A stretch of 64,000 nucleotides of DNA from Comamonadaceae bacterium (GCA_038145425.1 JAYQPP010000015.1:2471-66470); one strand, 5' to 3'; counted from the stretch's first letter, positions 10,645 through 22,200 are shown. Numbers and translations are program-made. The notes: a model not told the origin generated them from the letters alone.

Positions 10645-11936
10645 AGATTTTGGTTGTCGGCGGTGGAGGCCGCGAGCATGCGTTGGCCTGGAAGCTCAGC
10701 CAGTCGCCCAAGGCGAGCAAAATTTACGTGGCGCCCGGCAACGGCGGAACGGCTGCCGACGATCGTTATGAAAACGTAGCCATTACTGATATCGCGGCAC
10801 TGCGGCAATGGGCGATCGCAGAAAAAATTGGCTTGACAGTGGTCGGCCCGGAGGGTCCGCTAGCCGCTGGCATCGTCGATGATTTCCGGGCGCATGGTTT
10901 GCGCATCTTCGGTCCGACGCAGGCTGCAGCCCAGTTGGAGAGTTCGAAAGCATTTTCCAAGGATTTCATGCAGCGTCACGGGATTCCGACGGCGCAGTTC
11001 AAGACGTTTGATGATGCGCAGCAGGCGCATGCCTATATTGACCAGCAAGGCGCCCCCATTGTTGTGAAGGCGGATGGCTTGGCGGCAGGCAAGGGCGTGG
11101 TCGTCGCGACTACGCTCGAGCAGGCGCATGCGGCAGTGGATTTCATGCTGCTCGATGAGCGTGCGGGTGTGGCGCATAACGCCGGTGGTGCCCGAGTGGT
11201 GATTGAGGAGTTTCTGCCCGGCGAAGAGGCCAGCTTCATGGTGATGGTGGACGGCAAGCACGTGTTGCCGCTGGCCACCAGCCAGGATCACAAGCGTTTG
11301 CAGGACGGCGACCAGGGCCCAAACACCGGTGGCATGGGTGCGTATTCGCCGGCCCCGGTGGTCACGCCCGAGATTCACGCCAAGGTCATGCGCGACATCA
11401 TCATGCCCACGGTGCGCGGCATGGAAAAAGACGGGATCACTTTCACCGGTTTTCTCTACGCTGGCTTGATGATCGGTCCGCAAGGCAAGATCAGGACGCT
11501 GGAATTCAATTGCCGCATGGGTGACCCCGAGACGCAGCCGATCCTGATGCGCTTGAAAAGTGATCTGGTCGACGCCCTGATGGCGGCCACCGCCTCAGGC
11601 CCGCATGGCAAGCTTGACCAGGTTGAGCTGGTCTGGGATCGGCGAACCGCGCTTGGCGTGGTGCTGGCAGCGGCCAATTACCCCTTGTCGCCGCGTAAGG
11701 GCGACACGATCGTTGGCCTACCGCGTGATCAAAACGATCTGTGTGTTTTTCATGCTGGCACCAGTTGCTCGGGCCAGCAACTCCTGACGAGTGGCGGACG
11801 AGTGCTGTGCGTGACAGGTTTGGCTGAGACAGTGGGTCAGGCTCAAACCAAGGTGTACGCCCTGATTCCATCGATCCAGTTTGAGGGCATGCAGTACCGC
11901 CGCGACATCGGTCATCGCGTGCACAAAATGGCCTGA
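10641..11936 (+). CDS. purD: Phosphoribosylamine-glycine ligase
   Basis: [57 protein letters not shown] and YRRDIG. Confidence 0.97.
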   Translation: MKILVVGGGGREHALAWKLSQSPKASKIYVAPGNGGTAADDRYENVAITDIAALRQWAIAEKIGLTVVGPEGPLAAGIVDDFRAHGLRIFGPTQAAAQLESSKAFSKDFMQRHGIPTAQFKTFDDAQQAHAYIDQQGAPIVVKADGLAAGKGVVVATTLEQAHAAVDFMLLDERAGVAHNAGGARVVIEEFLPGEEASFMVMVDGKHVLPLATSQDHKRLQDGDQGPNTGGMGAYSPAPVVTPEIHAKVMRDIIMPTVRGMEKDGITFTGFLYAGLMIGPQGKIRTLEFNCRMGDPETQPILMRLKSDLVDALMAATASGPHGKLDQVELVWDRRTALGVVLAAANYPLSPRKGDTIVGLPRDQNDLCVFHAGTSCSGQQLLTSGGRVLCVTGLAETVGQAQTKVYALIPSIQFEGMQYRRDIGHRVHKMA

Positions 11937-11938
11937 CC

Positions 11939-12871
11939 ATGGCGAACAACCCACCCGCGGCCGGCCCTGCTCAGCGCGTCAGCGCCTATTTGCGTGAACT
12001 GCAGACGCGTATCACCTCGGCGATTGCGCAAGTCGACGGCAAACATTTTTTGGTGGATCCCTGGGAGAAGCCGGCTGGCGAGCCGCTGCAGGGGATGGGC
12101 ATCACTCAGATTCTGGAGGAGGGTGATGTCTTCGAGCGTGCAGGCTGCGGGTTTTCCCATGTCAGCGGGCCGCGCCTGCCACCGTCTGCAACCCAGCATC
12201 GGCCTGAGCTGGCCGGTGCGCCTTTTGAGGCGATGGGTGTGTCGCTGGTGTTCCATCCACGTAATCCCTATGTGCCCACGGTCCACATGAATGTGCGCAT
12301 GATCTCGGCGCGCGGGGCCGATGGCGAGTCGGTCTGTTGGTTCGGGGGTGGCATGGACCTGACGCCGTATTACGGCTTTGACGAGGACGCTGCCCACTTC
12401 CATCGTAGCTGCAGGGATGCGTTGACGCCCTTTGGAGCGGACAAATACCCTCGCTTTAAGGCCTGGTGCGACGACTATTTTTGTCTCAAGCACCGAGGCG
12501 AGCAGCGCGGTGTGGGCGGGGTCTTTTTTGACGATTTTTCAGAGCTGGGATTTGAGCGAAGCCTGGGCATGATGCAGGCAGTCGGGGAGGCGTTTCTGGG
12601 CGCCTACCTGCCGATCGTCGAACGCCGGCAGCACATGCCCTATGGTGATCGCGAACGTCAGTTTCAGCTCTATCGCCGTGGGCGATATGTGGAGTTCAAT
12701 CTGGTTTGGGACCGAGGTACCCACTTCGGACTGCAAAGCGGTGGGCGCAGTGAATCCATTTTGTTGTCCATGCCGCCCCTGGTTCGATGGTCCTACCAGC
12801 AGGTGCCGCAAACAGGAACGCCCGAGGCGGAGCTGTACAGCCGGTTTCTGGTTCGCCGAAACTGGGTCTGA
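11939..12871 (+). CDS. hemF: Oxygen-dependent coproporphyrinogen III oxidase
   Basis: [35 protein letters not shown] and [25 protein letters not shown]. Confidence 0.96.
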   Translation: MANNPPAAGPAQRVSAYLRELQTRITSAIAQVDGKHFLVDPWEKPAGEPLQGMGITQILEEGDVFERAGCGFSHVSGPRLPPSATQHRPELAGAPFEAMGVSLVFHPRNPYVPTVHMNVRMISARGADGESVCWFGGGMDLTPYYGFDEDAAHFHRSCRDALTPFGADKYPRFKAWCDDYFCLKHRGEQRGVGGVFFDDFSELGFERSLGMMQAVGEAFLGAYLPIVERRQHMPYGDRERQFQLYRRGRYVEFNLVWDRGTHFGLQSGGRSESILLSMPPLVRWSYQQVPQTGTPEAELYSRFLVRRNWV

Positions 12872-13485
12872 TGGCCAGGCATTCGATGGCGTCGCGCATT
12901 GGCATTTACGGCGGCGCCTTTGATCCTCCTCACCTGGCGCATGCTGCGCTGGTGACGCAGGCGCTGTCGCAACTGCAACTGGACCGGCTTCATGTCGTGC
13001 CAACCGGGCAGGCTTGGCACAAGCCGCAAACCCTGAGCGGTGCCAAGCATCGCATCGCGATGTGTGTCCTCGCGTTTGCTGACCTGCCTCAGGTGCTGGT
13101 CGATGAGCGGGAAATCCTGCGTGAAGGCGCAAGCTACACCGTGGAGACGCTGCGCGAACTGCGTCAGGAGAACCCCGAAAGTGCACTTTTTTTGATCATC
13201 GGACAAGATCAGGCGCTTGCCTTTGAGCAGTGGAAGTCATGGTCAGATATTCTCGAGATGGCAACAGTTTGTGTGGCGCCGCGACCTGGTGATGAGAGCG
13301 CGTCATCGACATTGACCGACAATCACGCCCTCAGTGGGCACTTTGTGAGCCTGCCATTGCCGCCGATGGCGATCAGCGCTACCGATATTCGCCATCGCGC
13401 GAACGCTGGTCTGGGCCTTCGGGGTCTGGTCAGTGAGCCAGTCGCGGGTTATATTGCCCAGCATCATCTTTACCAAAACACCTGA
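12871..13485 (+). CDS. nadD: Nicotinate-nucleotide adenylyltransferase
   Basis: GIYGGAFDPPHLAH, SYTVETL, IIGQDQ and ISATDIR. TGATG overlap with hemF. Confidence 0.93.
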   Translation: MARHSMASRIGIYGGAFDPPHLAHAALVTQALSQLQLDRLHVVPTGQAWHKPQTLSGAKHRIAMCVLAFADLPQVLVDEREILREGASYTVETLRELRQENPESALFLIIGQDQALAFEQWKSWSDILEMATVCVAPRPGDESASSTLTDNHALSGHFVSLPLPPMAISATDIRHRANAGLGLRGLVSEPVAGYIAQHHLYQNT

Positions 13486-14192
13486 TGACACCACTTCCAC
13501 CCACACGTCCAGCGGCCACTTCAACGGCAGCAATCAAGAAAGATATTCAAAAACTGCAGCGCGCCGTTGTGGACGGCCTGGAGGACGTCAAGGCGCAAGC
13601 GATTGTGGTTTTTGACACCGAATTGCTCTCGCCCTTGTTTGAGCGCGTGATCATTGCCAGCGGCACGTCGAACCGGCAGACCAAAGCACTGGCTGCCAGC
13701 GTGCTCGATGCCGTGCGGGAGGCTGGTTTTGACAAGCCCCGCGTCGAGGGTGAAGACAACGGCGAGTGGATTATTGTGGACTGTGGCCAGGCTGTTGTGC
13801 ACATCATGCAGCCCGCGATTCGCCAGTACTACAACCTCGAGGAGCTGTGGGGCGACAAGCCTGTGCGCCTGAAGCTTGGTGCAAGTAAGCCGCGCGTCGC
13901 TTCGCCCGTGGTCGCACCGTCTGCCCGTCCAACATCAGACAAGCCGCCGAGTTTGAAGCGATCCAGCGCCGCTCAAAAAGCGCACGCGCAGGCTTTTCCA
14001 AGCAAGGCAGCCGTCCGCAAGGCCACTGCTGGGGCCAAGCCAGCGGGCAAGGCTGTGGGCAAGTCGACCAAGTCTGCATCGGGCGCCGGTGCAACCCGTG
14101 CCAAGGTCAAGACCTTGGTGGTGAATGCCCCGCCAAAGGTTCCCGCCAAACGCTCGCTTGGCGCGTCGACTGGGAAACCACGCAAGGCCTGA
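13485..14192 (+). CDS. rsfS: Ribosome silencing factor RsfS with long basic C-terminal tail
   Basis: [29 protein letters not shown] and [11 protein letters not shown], followed by about 100 aa of K/A/S/P-rich tail. Confidence 0.92.
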   Translation: MTPLPPTRPAATSTAAIKKDIQKLQRAVVDGLEDVKAQAIVVFDTELLSPLFERVIIASGTSNRQTKALAASVLDAVREAGFDKPRVEGEDNGEWIIVDCGQAVVHIMQPAIRQYYNLEELWGDKPVRLKLGASKPRVASPVVAPSARPTSDKPPSLKRSSAAQKAHAQAFPSKAAVRKATAGAKPAGKAVGKSTKSASGAGATRAKVKTLVVNAPPKVPAKRSLGASTGKPRKA

Positions 14193-14193
14193 G

Positions 14194-14661
14194 GTGCGCA
14201 TCCAGGTGGTGGCCGTAGGGCAACGGGTGCCCGATTGGGCACAGACGGCCTGGGATGATTACGTCAAGCGATTCCCGCCGGAGTTGCGTGTCACGCTTAA
14301 AGCCGTGAAGACGGAGCCGCGAGCCTCACGAACGCCCGAATTTTTGCTCGCTGCCGAGCGTGCGCGGATCGAGGCGGCTGTGCCCAAGGGCCATCGTCTG
14401 GTCGCGTTGGACGAAAGAGGCCAGTCCCTGAGCACTAAGGCACTGGCGGCCAAACTGCGCGAATGGCAGGACGCTGGCGACGATGTCAGCCTGGTGATTG
14501 GCGGGCCCGACGGACTCGATCCTGGATTGCGCACAAGCGCGCACGAGCGTATCCGTTTGTCCGATCTGACTTTACCGCATGCCATGGTGCGCGTCCTGTT
14601 GGTCGAGCAGTTGTACCGAGCCTGGTCGATCAATGCCAACCATCCCTACCACCGTGAATAA
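14194..14661 (+). CDS. rlmH: 23S rRNA m3Psi1915 methyltransferase
   Basis: GTG start (MRIQVVAVG). [21 protein letters not shown] and [18 protein letters not shown]. Confidence 0.95.
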   Translation: MRIQVVAVGQRVPDWAQTAWDDYVKRFPPELRVTLKAVKTEPRASRTPEFLLAAERARIEAAVPKGHRLVALDERGQSLSTKALAAKLREWQDAGDDVSLVIGGPDGLDPGLRTSAHERIRLSDLTLPHAMVRVLLVEQLYRAWSINANHPYHRE

Positions 14662-15268
14662 GCCTTCTCGCTCTTTTGTTTACCTGGCCTCTCAAAGCCC
14701 GAGGCGAGCGCAGTTGCTCACCCAGTTGGGCCTGCGATTTGAGACCTTGTTACCGGACGATCACGAGGATGCCGAGGCGCTGGAGATGGTGTTACCGCGC
14801 GAGACCGCCAAGGACTACGTGCAGCGTGTGACGCGTCTGAAACTCGCGGCTGCCTGCCAGCGCTTGAAACAAAGGCACTTGCCGCCAGCGCCCGTGTTGT
14901 GCGCGGACACGACGGTGGCGATCGGATCGACGATTCTGGGTAAGCCAACGGATCCCGCACAGGCCAGGCGAATGCTTGAACAGCTCTCGGGTCGCACACA
15001 CCGGGTATTGACCGCCGTGGCTGTTGCCATGGGCCGCAGGACCGCCCTGGCTTTGTCGGAGTCGCGGGTCACCTTTGCCACGATGAGCGTATCCCAGATC
15101 AGGGCCTACGTGGCCACCGGCGAGCCGATGGGTAAGGCCGGCGCCTATGCTGTTCAGGGTCTGGCTGGTCGGCACATTCGTGACATTCGTGGCAGCTACA
15201 CCGGTATCATGGGCTTGCCATTACATGAAACCGCAGAGTTGCTGACAGCGTTCGGCTTGCGGGTCTGA
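14654..15268 (+). CDS. maf: Maf family nucleoside triphosphate pyrophosphatase
   Basis: [40 protein letters not shown] and [10 protein letters not shown]. Confidence 0.93.
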   Translation: MNKPSRSFVYLASQSPRRAQLLTQLGLRFETLLPDDHEDAEALEMVLPRETAKDYVQRVTRLKLAAACQRLKQRHLPPAPVLCADTTVAIGSTILGKPTDPAQARRMLEQLSGRTHRVLTAVAVAMGRRTALALSESRVTFATMSVSQIRAYVATGEPMGKAGAYAVQGLAGRHIRDIRGSYTGIMGLPLHETAELLTAFGLRV

Positions 15269-15293
15269 TCTGCAGCCTCAGGCGAAGGGCGAG

Positions 15294-16772
15294 TTGGTGC
15301 AAGAGGACATCCTGATTAATTGGACACCGCACGAGACCCGCGTGGCGGTGATCGAAAGCGGCGTTTTGCAGGAGCTGCATCTGGAGCGCGCGCTCGAGCG
15401 TGGGCTTGTGGGCAATGTGTATCTTGCAAAAGTTTCGCGTGTCCTGCCAGGCATGCAGTCGGCTTTTGTCGATATCGGTCAGGAAAAGGCCGCTTTCTTG
15501 CATGTGGCCGATCTATGGCAGAAGCCCGCCGAGGGTGAAACCGTTTCCGCAGCGCGTGCGCAGGCCGCGTCGGTCGCCATCGAAAAACAGGTTTTCGAGG
15601 GGCAGACACTTTTGGTGCAGGTCATCAAAGACCCGATTGGTCGCAAAGGCGCCCGTCTCACAACGCAAATCAGTCTTGCGGGTCGGCTATTGGTGTTTTT
15701 GCCGCAGGACGATCACATTGGCATTTCACAAAAGATTGAGGTGGAGCGTCGCGAGGCTTTGCGTCAGCGCGTCAAAAGCCTGAGTCAAGCGCAGGGTGGC
15801 GGTTTCATTTTGCGCACCAATGCAGAAGATGCTTCTGATGATGAATTGGCCCAAGACATTGCGTATTTGCGTCGTGTCTGGGAACAGATTCGCAAAGACG
15901 CGCGCGCGCGCCCTGCGCCAAGCCTGCTGCATCAGGATCTCAATCTGATGCATAGAGTGTTGCGTGACCTGGTGCGCGAAGGCATTGGCACGATCTGGAT
16001 CGACTCCGCAGCGCAATGTGATGCTCTGCGTGCCTATGGTCGAACCTTCATGCCTGGCGTTACCGAGCACCTCCAGACCTACCAGGGCGAACGCCCTCTG
16101 TTCGACTTGCACGGAGTGGAGGAGGAGATTGCCAAGGCGCTGGGTCGGCGGGTCGACCTACAGTCGGGCGGCTATCTGATGATCGACCAGACCGAGGCCA
16201 TGACCACGGTGGACGTCAACACGGGCGGCTTCGTCGGCTTACGCAATTTTGATGAGACGATCCTCAGGACCAATCTGGAGGCGACGGAGGCGATATCCCG
16301 GCAGTTGCGTCTGCGTAACCTGGGCGGGATCATCATGGTGGATTTCATCGATATGGCGCGCGATGACCATAAGCAGGCCGTCCTGGCTGCCATGCGCCAG
16401 CAGCTTTCGCGCGACCCTGTCAAAACGCTGTGCACGGATTACTCCCCGCTCGGCCTGCTTGCCCTGACACGCAAGCGGACCCGCGAATCTTTGGCGCATC
16501 TTTTGTGCGAGCCCTGCACGGCGTGCCAGGGCACAGGTATGGTTAAAACGGCGCGCAGTGTGAGCTACGACATCTTGCGGGAAGTCCTGCGTGAGGCCCG
16601 TCAGTTCAATGCCAGGGCGTTTCGCGTGGTGGCCTCGCCGGCGGTTGTTGATTTACTCGAAGGCGAAGAGGCTGCTCATTTGGCTGCATTGATCAAGGCC
16701 ATCGACAAGCCAGTCACATTGCAAAGCGACAAGGCGATGAGCCAGGATTGTTACGACATCATCTTGCTCTAA
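15294..16772 (+). CDS. rng: Ribonuclease G (Rne/Rng family)
   Basis: VGNVYLAKVSRVLPGMQSAFVDIG, QTEAMTTVDVNTGGF, LRNLGGIIMVDFIDM and LTRKRTRESL. Confidence 0.94.
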   Translation: MVQEDILINWTPHETRVAVIESGVLQELHLERALERGLVGNVYLAKVSRVLPGMQSAFVDIGQEKAAFLHVADLWQKPAEGETVSAARAQAASVAIEKQVFEGQTLLVQVIKDPIGRKGARLTTQISLAGRLLVFLPQDDHIGISQKIEVERREALRQRVKSLSQAQGGGFILRTNAEDASDDELAQDIAYLRRVWEQIRKDARARPAPSLLHQDLNLMHRVLRDLVREGIGTIWIDSAAQCDALRAYGRTFMPGVTEHLQTYQGERPLFDLHGVEEEIAKALGRRVDLQSGGYLMIDQTEAMTTVDVNTGGFVGLRNFDETILRTNLEATEAISRQLRLRNLGGIIMVDFIDMARDDHKQAVLAAMRQQLSRDPVKTLCTDYSPLGLLALTRKRTRESLAHLLCEPCTACQGTGMVKTARSVSYDILREVLREARQFNARAFRVVASPAVVDLLEGEEAAHLAALIKAIDKPVTLQSDKAMSQDCYDIILL

Positions 16773-16801
16773 GGCGTTTGGTCGCCAAGTCCCAGCGCCA
16801 A

Positions 16802-18604
16802 TCAGGCGGCGGCCTCGTCTGGCAAGCCCAGGCGATAGAGCCGGGCGTAGGTGCCGTTTTGCAAAATCAAGTCGGCGTGCTGGCCAGACTCAATGATCCG
16901 CCCCTGCTCCAGAACCACAATGCGGTCGGCGTGGTGCACGGTGGAGAGTCGGTGGGCGATGACCAATGTGGTCCTGCCCTGCATGAGGGCAGTCAGCGCT
17001 GACTGAACAGCGCGCTCCGAGTCCGTATCCAAGGCCGAGGTGGCTTCATCCAGAATCAGAATGGGCGCGTCTTTGTACACCGCACGCGCAATGGCCAGTC
17101 GTTGGCGCTGGCCGCCTGAGAGTTCCAATGCGTTGTGCCCGACCATCGTGTCGATCCCTTGCGGCATCGTACGAATCAGGTCGTCCAGATGTGCAGCTTT
17201 CAAAGCGGCCAGCACTCTGTCGCGGTCCGGCGTCTGTCCCAAGGCCACATTGCTGGCAATGCTGGCGTTGAGCATGACCACGTGCTGACTGACCAGGGAG
17301 AACTGCGCCCGCAGCGATGTCAGGTCCCATTGTTCGATGTTCTGCCCGTCAAGGGCGATGTGGCCGCTATGCGCCGGAACGAAACGCATCAAGGCGTTGA
17401 CCAGACTGGTCTTGCCTGCGCCGGAAGCGCCCACCAGTGCCACCGTCTCGCCTGGCTGAATGTCCAGTGTTGCGATCGACAAAGCCGGCTCCTGGGCGTC
17501 CTGGTACTGCACGTGCAGATCGCGCAAGGCAATCTGGCCTTGCGCACGCTCTTTGCGATAGTTGCCGCCTGTTTCGTTGTGCGTTTCCTCGATCAGTTTG
17601 AGCGCCCGCTCCAGGGCAACGAGACCACGGGTGATCGGGCTTGCAACGTCGGCTAGTGCGCGAATCGGTGCGAGCAGCATCAGCATGGCGGTGATGAATG
17701 CCACAAAACCGCCAACGGTCGTGCTTCCCTGTGCACTTTGGATCAAGGCGATCGAGATGACGGCTGACAAGGCCACTGCTGCCAGAAACTGGGTGAGCGG
17801 CGTCATCGCCGAGCTGGCAGCCGTCGATTTCATGGCTAGTCGCCTGAGCGCCTGACTGAGCCTGGCGAAGCGCTCGGATTGAAGGGCTTGGGCATCGTAG
17901 AGCCGAACGTCTCGGTGGGCGAGTACGTTTTCTTCAACAACATAAGCCAGTTCGTCAGTCGCGGTCTGGTTAGCCCGCGCCAGTTGATGCAGACGCCGGC
18001 TAAGCACGCGCATCACCCAGGTGACTGCAGGGAACATGGCTGCAACAATCAGGGTGAGTTTCCAATTCAGGTAAAACAGGTAGGCGGTTAGGGCCAGGCT
18101 GGTCAAGGCATTACGTGTCAGGCTGAGCAAGGCTGACACCAACATCTGTGCGCCGGTCTGCACTTCGTAGACCACTGTGTTGGACAGTGAGCTTGAACTC
18201 TGTTGTGTGAAAAGCTTCAGCTCGGCGTGCAGGACCCGGTCAAACATGGCCTGACGCAGGCGTAACAGTCCCTCGTGGGTGATGCGTGCCAGACCGACTT
18301 GTGCCAGGTAACCTGCCAGGCCGCGAACACCAAACAGAAGCAGCAAAGCCGCTGGGATGGACCAGACCGGTAACTGGCCTTGTTGAAAGCCGCGGTCCAG
18401 CAGTGGCTTGAGCAAGGCAGGAATCATGGGCTCTGTTGCAGCACCAATGATGGTCGCCAGCACAACGGCGAGCCAGGTGCCGCGTAGCTGGCCAAAATAG
18501 GGGGCGACACGTAACAGACGCTGGGCGACGGTTTGCGCTGGCCGCTCAGAGCTGGGTTTGGTTGATGGTGTGTTGGTCATCGCGCCGTGGGGCGATTGTG
18601 TCAA
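16802..18604 (-). CDS. msbA: Lipid A export ABC transporter MsbA
   Basis: Six-TM domain plus NBD (GASGAGKTS, LSGGQRQRLAIARA, LILDEATSALD). ATG 18580 is an alternative start. Confidence 0.88.
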   Translation of the reverse strand: MTQSPHGAMTNTPSTKPSSERPAQTVAQRLLRVAPYFGQLRGTWLAVVLATIIGAATEPMIPALLKPLLDRGFQQGQLPVWSIPAALLLLFGVRGLAGYLAQVGLARITHEGLLRLRQAMFDRVLHAELKLFTQQSSSSLSNTVVYEVQTGAQMLVSALLSLTRNALTSLALTAYLFYLNWKLTLIVAAMFPAVTWVMRVLSRRLHQLARANQTATDELAYVVEENVLAHRDVRLYDAQALQSERFARLSQALRRLAMKSTAASSAMTPLTQFLAAVALSAVISIALIQSAQGSTTVGGFVAFITAMLMLLAPIRALADVASPITRGLVALERALKLIEETHNETGGNYRKERAQGQIALRDLHVQYQDAQEPALSIATLDIQPGETVALVGASGAGKTSLVNALMRFVPAHSGHIALDGQNIEQWDLTSLRAQFSLVSQHVVMLNASIASNVALGQTPDRDRVLAALKAAHLDDLIRTMPQGIDTMVGHNALELSGGQRQRLAIARAVYKDAPILILDEATSALDTDSERAVQSALTALMQGRTTLVIAHRLSTVHHADRIVVLEQGRIIESGQHADLILQNGTYARLYRLGLPDEAAA

Positions 18605-18735
18605 GGCATGATCACCTATTGTCGTTGATCAGAACAGGTGCCCACTGGGGGAGGGTACACCTCATTTTTTAGCGGTGATAATGGGGCTTGCCAAGCCGTT
18701 GCAGGCGTTTTTCGACGCATAGGTGTTCCGGATCG

Positions 18736-20007
18736 ATGAAGTCTTACCTGTTTAAATTGTTATCCCTGTTGGCCTGTATGGTGCTGCTGCCAGCACAGGC
18801 GCAGTTTCGCGTCGAGGTCACGGGCGTTGGCCTGACGCAGTTGCCGATTAGCGTCTCAGGCTTCCAGGGCGAGGAGCAGGCCGGGCAACCTCTGTCATCC
18901 ATTATTCTGGCTGACCTCGAGCGCAGCGGACAGTTTCGAGGAATCAATGCGGGTGTCGTGAAGCTCGATGAGCGCTCGATACCGGATTTGAGTATTTTTC
19001 GTCAGGCTGGCGCAGATTCGCTGGTGTCGGGCAGCGTGACCAAGCTGGCCGATGGGCGCTTTGACGTGCGCTTTCGGCTCTGGGATGTGGTCAAGGGGCA
19101 GGACTTTGGCGGCCAAAGTTTCGCGGTAGCGCCTGGTGATTTGCGCCTGGCTGCGCATCGGGCCGCGGACTATATTTACGAAAAGCTGACCGGAGACAAA
19201 GGGGTGTTTTCCACACGCATTGCCTATGTCACCAAAAACGGCTCCCGTTTTCAGCTCTGGGTAGCTGATTCGGACGGCGAGAACGCGCAGTCGGCCCTGA
19301 GCAGTCCCGAGCCCATTATTTCGCCTGCCTGGTCACCTGACGGCAACCAGTTGGCCTACGTGTCATTTGAGTCTCGAAAGCCAGTGGTCTATGTGCACAG
19401 TGTGAGCACCGGTAAGCGGCGCCTGATCGCAAACTTCAAAGGCTCTAATAGCGCGCCGGCGTGGTCGCCAGACGGCAAATCTCTGGCGGTCACTTTGAGC
19501 CGGGAGGGTGGATCCCAGCTTTTTGTGCTGCCCTCTGGCGGTGGAGAGGCGGTTCGGCTGACCGAGTCCAGGGGTATCGATACCGAGCCGACTTATTCCG
19601 CTGATGGCAAATTCATTTATTTTGTGAGTGACCGAGGCGGGTCCCCGCAGATTTATCGCATGAAGGTGGACGGTCAGGGCTTGGAGCGCGTGACGTTTAA
19701 TAGCGCGTACAGCATTTCCCCGACGCTCAGTCCTGACGGGCGATGGCTGGCCTATGTGGCACGAATCGACGGTGCTTTTCGCCTGCAGGTGATGGAGCTT
19801 TCCTCGGGCACTGTTCGCTCGATCACCCAGACATCTTCTGATGAAAGCCCCAGCTTTGCGCCCAACAGCAAGCTCATTGTGTATGCTACGGTCCAGCAAG
19901 GGGTTCAGGCCCTGATGACCACGACCCTGGATGGCCGCGTGAAGGCCCGCCTGGGAGGGCGCAGTGGCGACGTTCGTGAGCCTGACTGGGGCCCGTTTTT
20001 CAATTAA
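18736..20007 (+). CDS. tolB: Tol-Pal beta-propeller protein TolB
   Basis: Signal peptide, then FRVEVTGVG, STRIAYV, IISPAWSPDG, NSAPAWSPDG and DESPSFAPN repeats. Confidence 0.95.
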   Translation: MKSYLFKLLSLLACMVLLPAQAQFRVEVTGVGLTQLPISVSGFQGEEQAGQPLSSIILADLERSGQFRGINAGVVKLDERSIPDLSIFRQAGADSLVSGSVTKLADGRFDVRFRLWDVVKGQDFGGQSFAVAPGDLRLAAHRAADYIYEKLTGDKGVFSTRIAYVTKNGSRFQLWVADSDGENAQSALSSPEPIISPAWSPDGNQLAYVSFESRKPVVYVHSVSTGKRRLIANFKGSNSAPAWSPDGKSLAVTLSREGGSQLFVLPSGGGEAVRLTESRGIDTEPTYSADGKFIYFVSDRGGSPQIYRMKVDGQGLERVTFNSAYSISPTLSPDGRWLAYVARIDGAFRLQVMELSSGTVRSITQTSSDESPSFAPNSKLIVYATVQQGVQALMTTTLDGRVKARLGGRSGDVREPDWGPFFN

Positions 20008-20028
20008 TAAGATGAGGAGATCCTGACC

Positions 20029-20607
20029 ATGATGAAAAAGCTACTTGCCACAGGGATGGTGTTGTTGTTGGCAGCGTGTAACACCCCGGTGCCTCTGAAT
20101 GATGTGCCGGTCAGTGACGCCAAGTCGACCACGGTCAGCCCGGCTGCTGCGGGTGGTGCCGGGTCGGGTTCCTCCTCGGCGGCCAGCGGCAAGTCGGTGG
20201 GCAGCGGTGGTGTGGCCTCTGTTGACTTGAACAAAAATCAGAATCAGGCCAATGCCAACAGTCCGGCTGCCATGCCCCTGCAGGCGCGCACGGTGTATTT
20301 TGATTTCGATAGTTATGTGATCAAGCCAGAATTTCAGACGCTGCTGGCCAACCATGCTCGCATCCTGCGGGCGCAACCGGCAAACAAAGTTGCTATCGAA
20401 GGACACACCGACGAGTCCGGTGGTCGTGAATACAACCTGGCTCTGGGTCAAAAGCGCGCGGATGCAGTGCGGGACGCCTTGACGATTCTGGGTGTGCAGA
20501 AATCGCAGATGGAATCGGTGAGTTTTGGGAAAGAAAAGCCGGCGGTGATGGGGACGGATGAGGCGGCCTACGCCAAGAATCGTCGCGCCGAAATTCGTTA
20601 TCAGTGA
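20029..20607 (+). CDS. pal: Peptidoglycan-associated lipoprotein
   Basis: Lipobox LLAAC. VYFDFDS, IEGHTDESG, YNLALGQKRA, SFGKEKP and KNRRAE. Confidence 0.96.
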   Translation: MMKKLLATGMVLLLAACNTPVPLNDVPVSDAKSTTVSPAAAGGAGSGSSSAASGKSVGSGGVASVDLNKNQNQANANSPAAMPLQARTVYFDFDSYVIKPEFQTLLANHARILRAQPANKVAIEGHTDESGGREYNLALGQKRADAVRDALTILGVQKSQMESVSFGKEKPAVMGTDEAAYAKNRRAEIRYQ

Positions 20608-21416
20608 GTAGCGCCATGTTTTGGAACAGGGTTCGCGTTGGCCTGCTGGCTGGTTTGATGGCGGCAGGCAGCGCGCACGCTGCCTCTTTGTTTTCGGACG
20701 ACGAAGCCCGAGCAGCGATTCTCGATTTGCGCCGTCAGCTTGAGACCCTGCGCGCCGACCTGCGCGACCTGCGCAGCGACAATGAAAAAAGCATCAAGGC
20801 CAGCCGTGAGCTTCTGGCCGATGACATCTCGGCCTTTGGGCGCGGTTTGCTGGACTTGCAGCGCCAGAATGAATTGTTGCGTGGCGATCTGGCCCGGTTG
20901 CAAGGCGCCTACGATGAACTCGCTCGGCAGGTATCCAACGCCCAGCGCGCTCAGAAGGACGATGCGCAGAACATCATGGATCGCCTGGCCAAGCTTGAGC
21001 CGCTGAAGGTTGCACTCGACGGCATGGAATTTACAGCGATGCCTGGCGAGAAACGTGACTTTGATCTAGCCCTGGATACCTTCCGAAAAGGCGATTTCCC
21101 TACGGCGCAAACCTATTTTGTGGCCTTTATCAATCGTTACCCGGCCAGTCCGTACGCGACATCGGGTCTGTTTTGGTTGGGCAATGCCCAGTACGCGCTG
21201 CGCGATTACCCTAATGCGATCAGCAACTTTCGCTTGTTGCTGGCCAAGGATCCGCAGCATCTGAGAGCGCCTGAGGCCTTGCTTTCCGTCGCGAACTGTC
21301 AGCTAGAACTCAAAGACACGGTGGCGGCGCGCGCCACGCTTGAGGAATTGATCCGCGCCTACGCTGGCTCTGATGCCGCCAAGGCTGCTGCCGAGCGGCT
21401 TGCCGCGCTCAACTAA
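20604..21416 (+). CDS. cpoB: Tol-Pal system protein YbgF/CpoB
   Basis: Signal peptide, FSDDEARAAIL coiled coil and TPR repeats (FWLGNAQYA, APEALLSVANCQ). Follows pal. Confidence 0.92.
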   Translation: MSSAMFWNRVRVGLLAGLMAAGSAHAASLFSDDEARAAILDLRRQLETLRADLRDLRSDNEKSIKASRELLADDISAFGRGLLDLQRQNELLRGDLARLQGAYDELARQVSNAQRAQKDDAQNIMDRLAKLEPLKVALDGMEFTAMPGEKRDFDLALDTFRKGDFPTAQTYFVAFINRYPASPYATSGLFWLGNAQYALRDYPNAISNFRLLLAKDPQHLRAPEALLSVANCQLELKDTVAARATLEELIRAYAGSDAAKAAAERLAALN

Positions 21417-22200
21417 GCCGTTGAGCGCCGTCTTGGCTGAGCCTGAGGATCGGCGTTTTTCTGCTGTCGGTCGCCTTCTGGGTCTGGAGGCAGCCCAGCG
21501 TATTGGCCGATCGCATATCGCTGTTGTTGGAATCGGTGGCGTCGGGTCGTGGGCCGCCGAGGCACTGGCTCGAAGCGGCGTGGGTCGTCTGACCCTGATC
21601 GACATGGACCATGTCGCTGAATCCAACATCAACCGTCAACTGCATGCCACGGTTGATGCCGTGGGCATGGCGAAGGTGGTGGCCATGCGCCAGCGTATTC
21701 AGGCGTTCTTCCCGCAGTGCGACGTGCAGTTGATCGATGAATTCGTGACACCTGAGAACTGGGCGACTTTGTTGCCAGAACCTGTTGATGCCGTGCTTGA
21801 TGCATGCGATCAACTCTCGGCAAAGACCGTCATGGCGCAGTGGGCGCTGGCCAGTGGCCTGCCTTTTGTCAGTGTTGGTGCGGCAGGGGGCAAGCGTCGC
21901 GCACAGGATGTCTCGGTTGAGGACCTGTCGCTGGTTACTCACGACCCCTTGCTTGCCAAGATGCGTTATCAACTTCGTCGCCTGCATGGTGCGCGAAGAG
22001 ATGGAAAAAAAATGGGGATCGACTGCGTCTTCAGTGCCGAATCGGTCGCGCCACCGGACGCTTCATGTGCGTTCGACAACGACGGCAGTCTGAATTGCCA
22101 TGGCTTTGGTTCCCTGGTGACCGTCACGGCGACCTTTGGCCTGTGCGCCGCAGGCCATCTCCTGAATAAATTGGCATTGCCGCGGGAGAAACGGGCCTGA
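21373..22200 (+). CDS. tcdA: tRNA threonylcarbamoyladenosine dehydratase (ThiF family)
   Basis: VVGIGGVGSWAAEALARSGVG, DMDHVAESNINRQ, GAAGGK and GFGSLVTVTATFG. True start may be slightly downstream. Confidence 0.88.
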   Translation: MPPRLLPSGLPRSTKPLSAVLAEPEDRRFSAVGRLLGLEAAQRIGRSHIAVVGIGGVGSWAAEALARSGVGRLTLIDMDHVAESNINRQLHATVDAVGMAKVVAMRQRIQAFFPQCDVQLIDEFVTPENWATLLPEPVDAVLDACDQLSAKTVMAQWALASGLPFVSVGAAGGKRRAQDVSVEDLSLVTHDPLLAKMRYQLRRLHGARRDGKKMGIDCVFSAESVAPPDASCAFDNDGSLNCHGFGSLVTVTATFGLCAAGHLLNKLALPREKRA

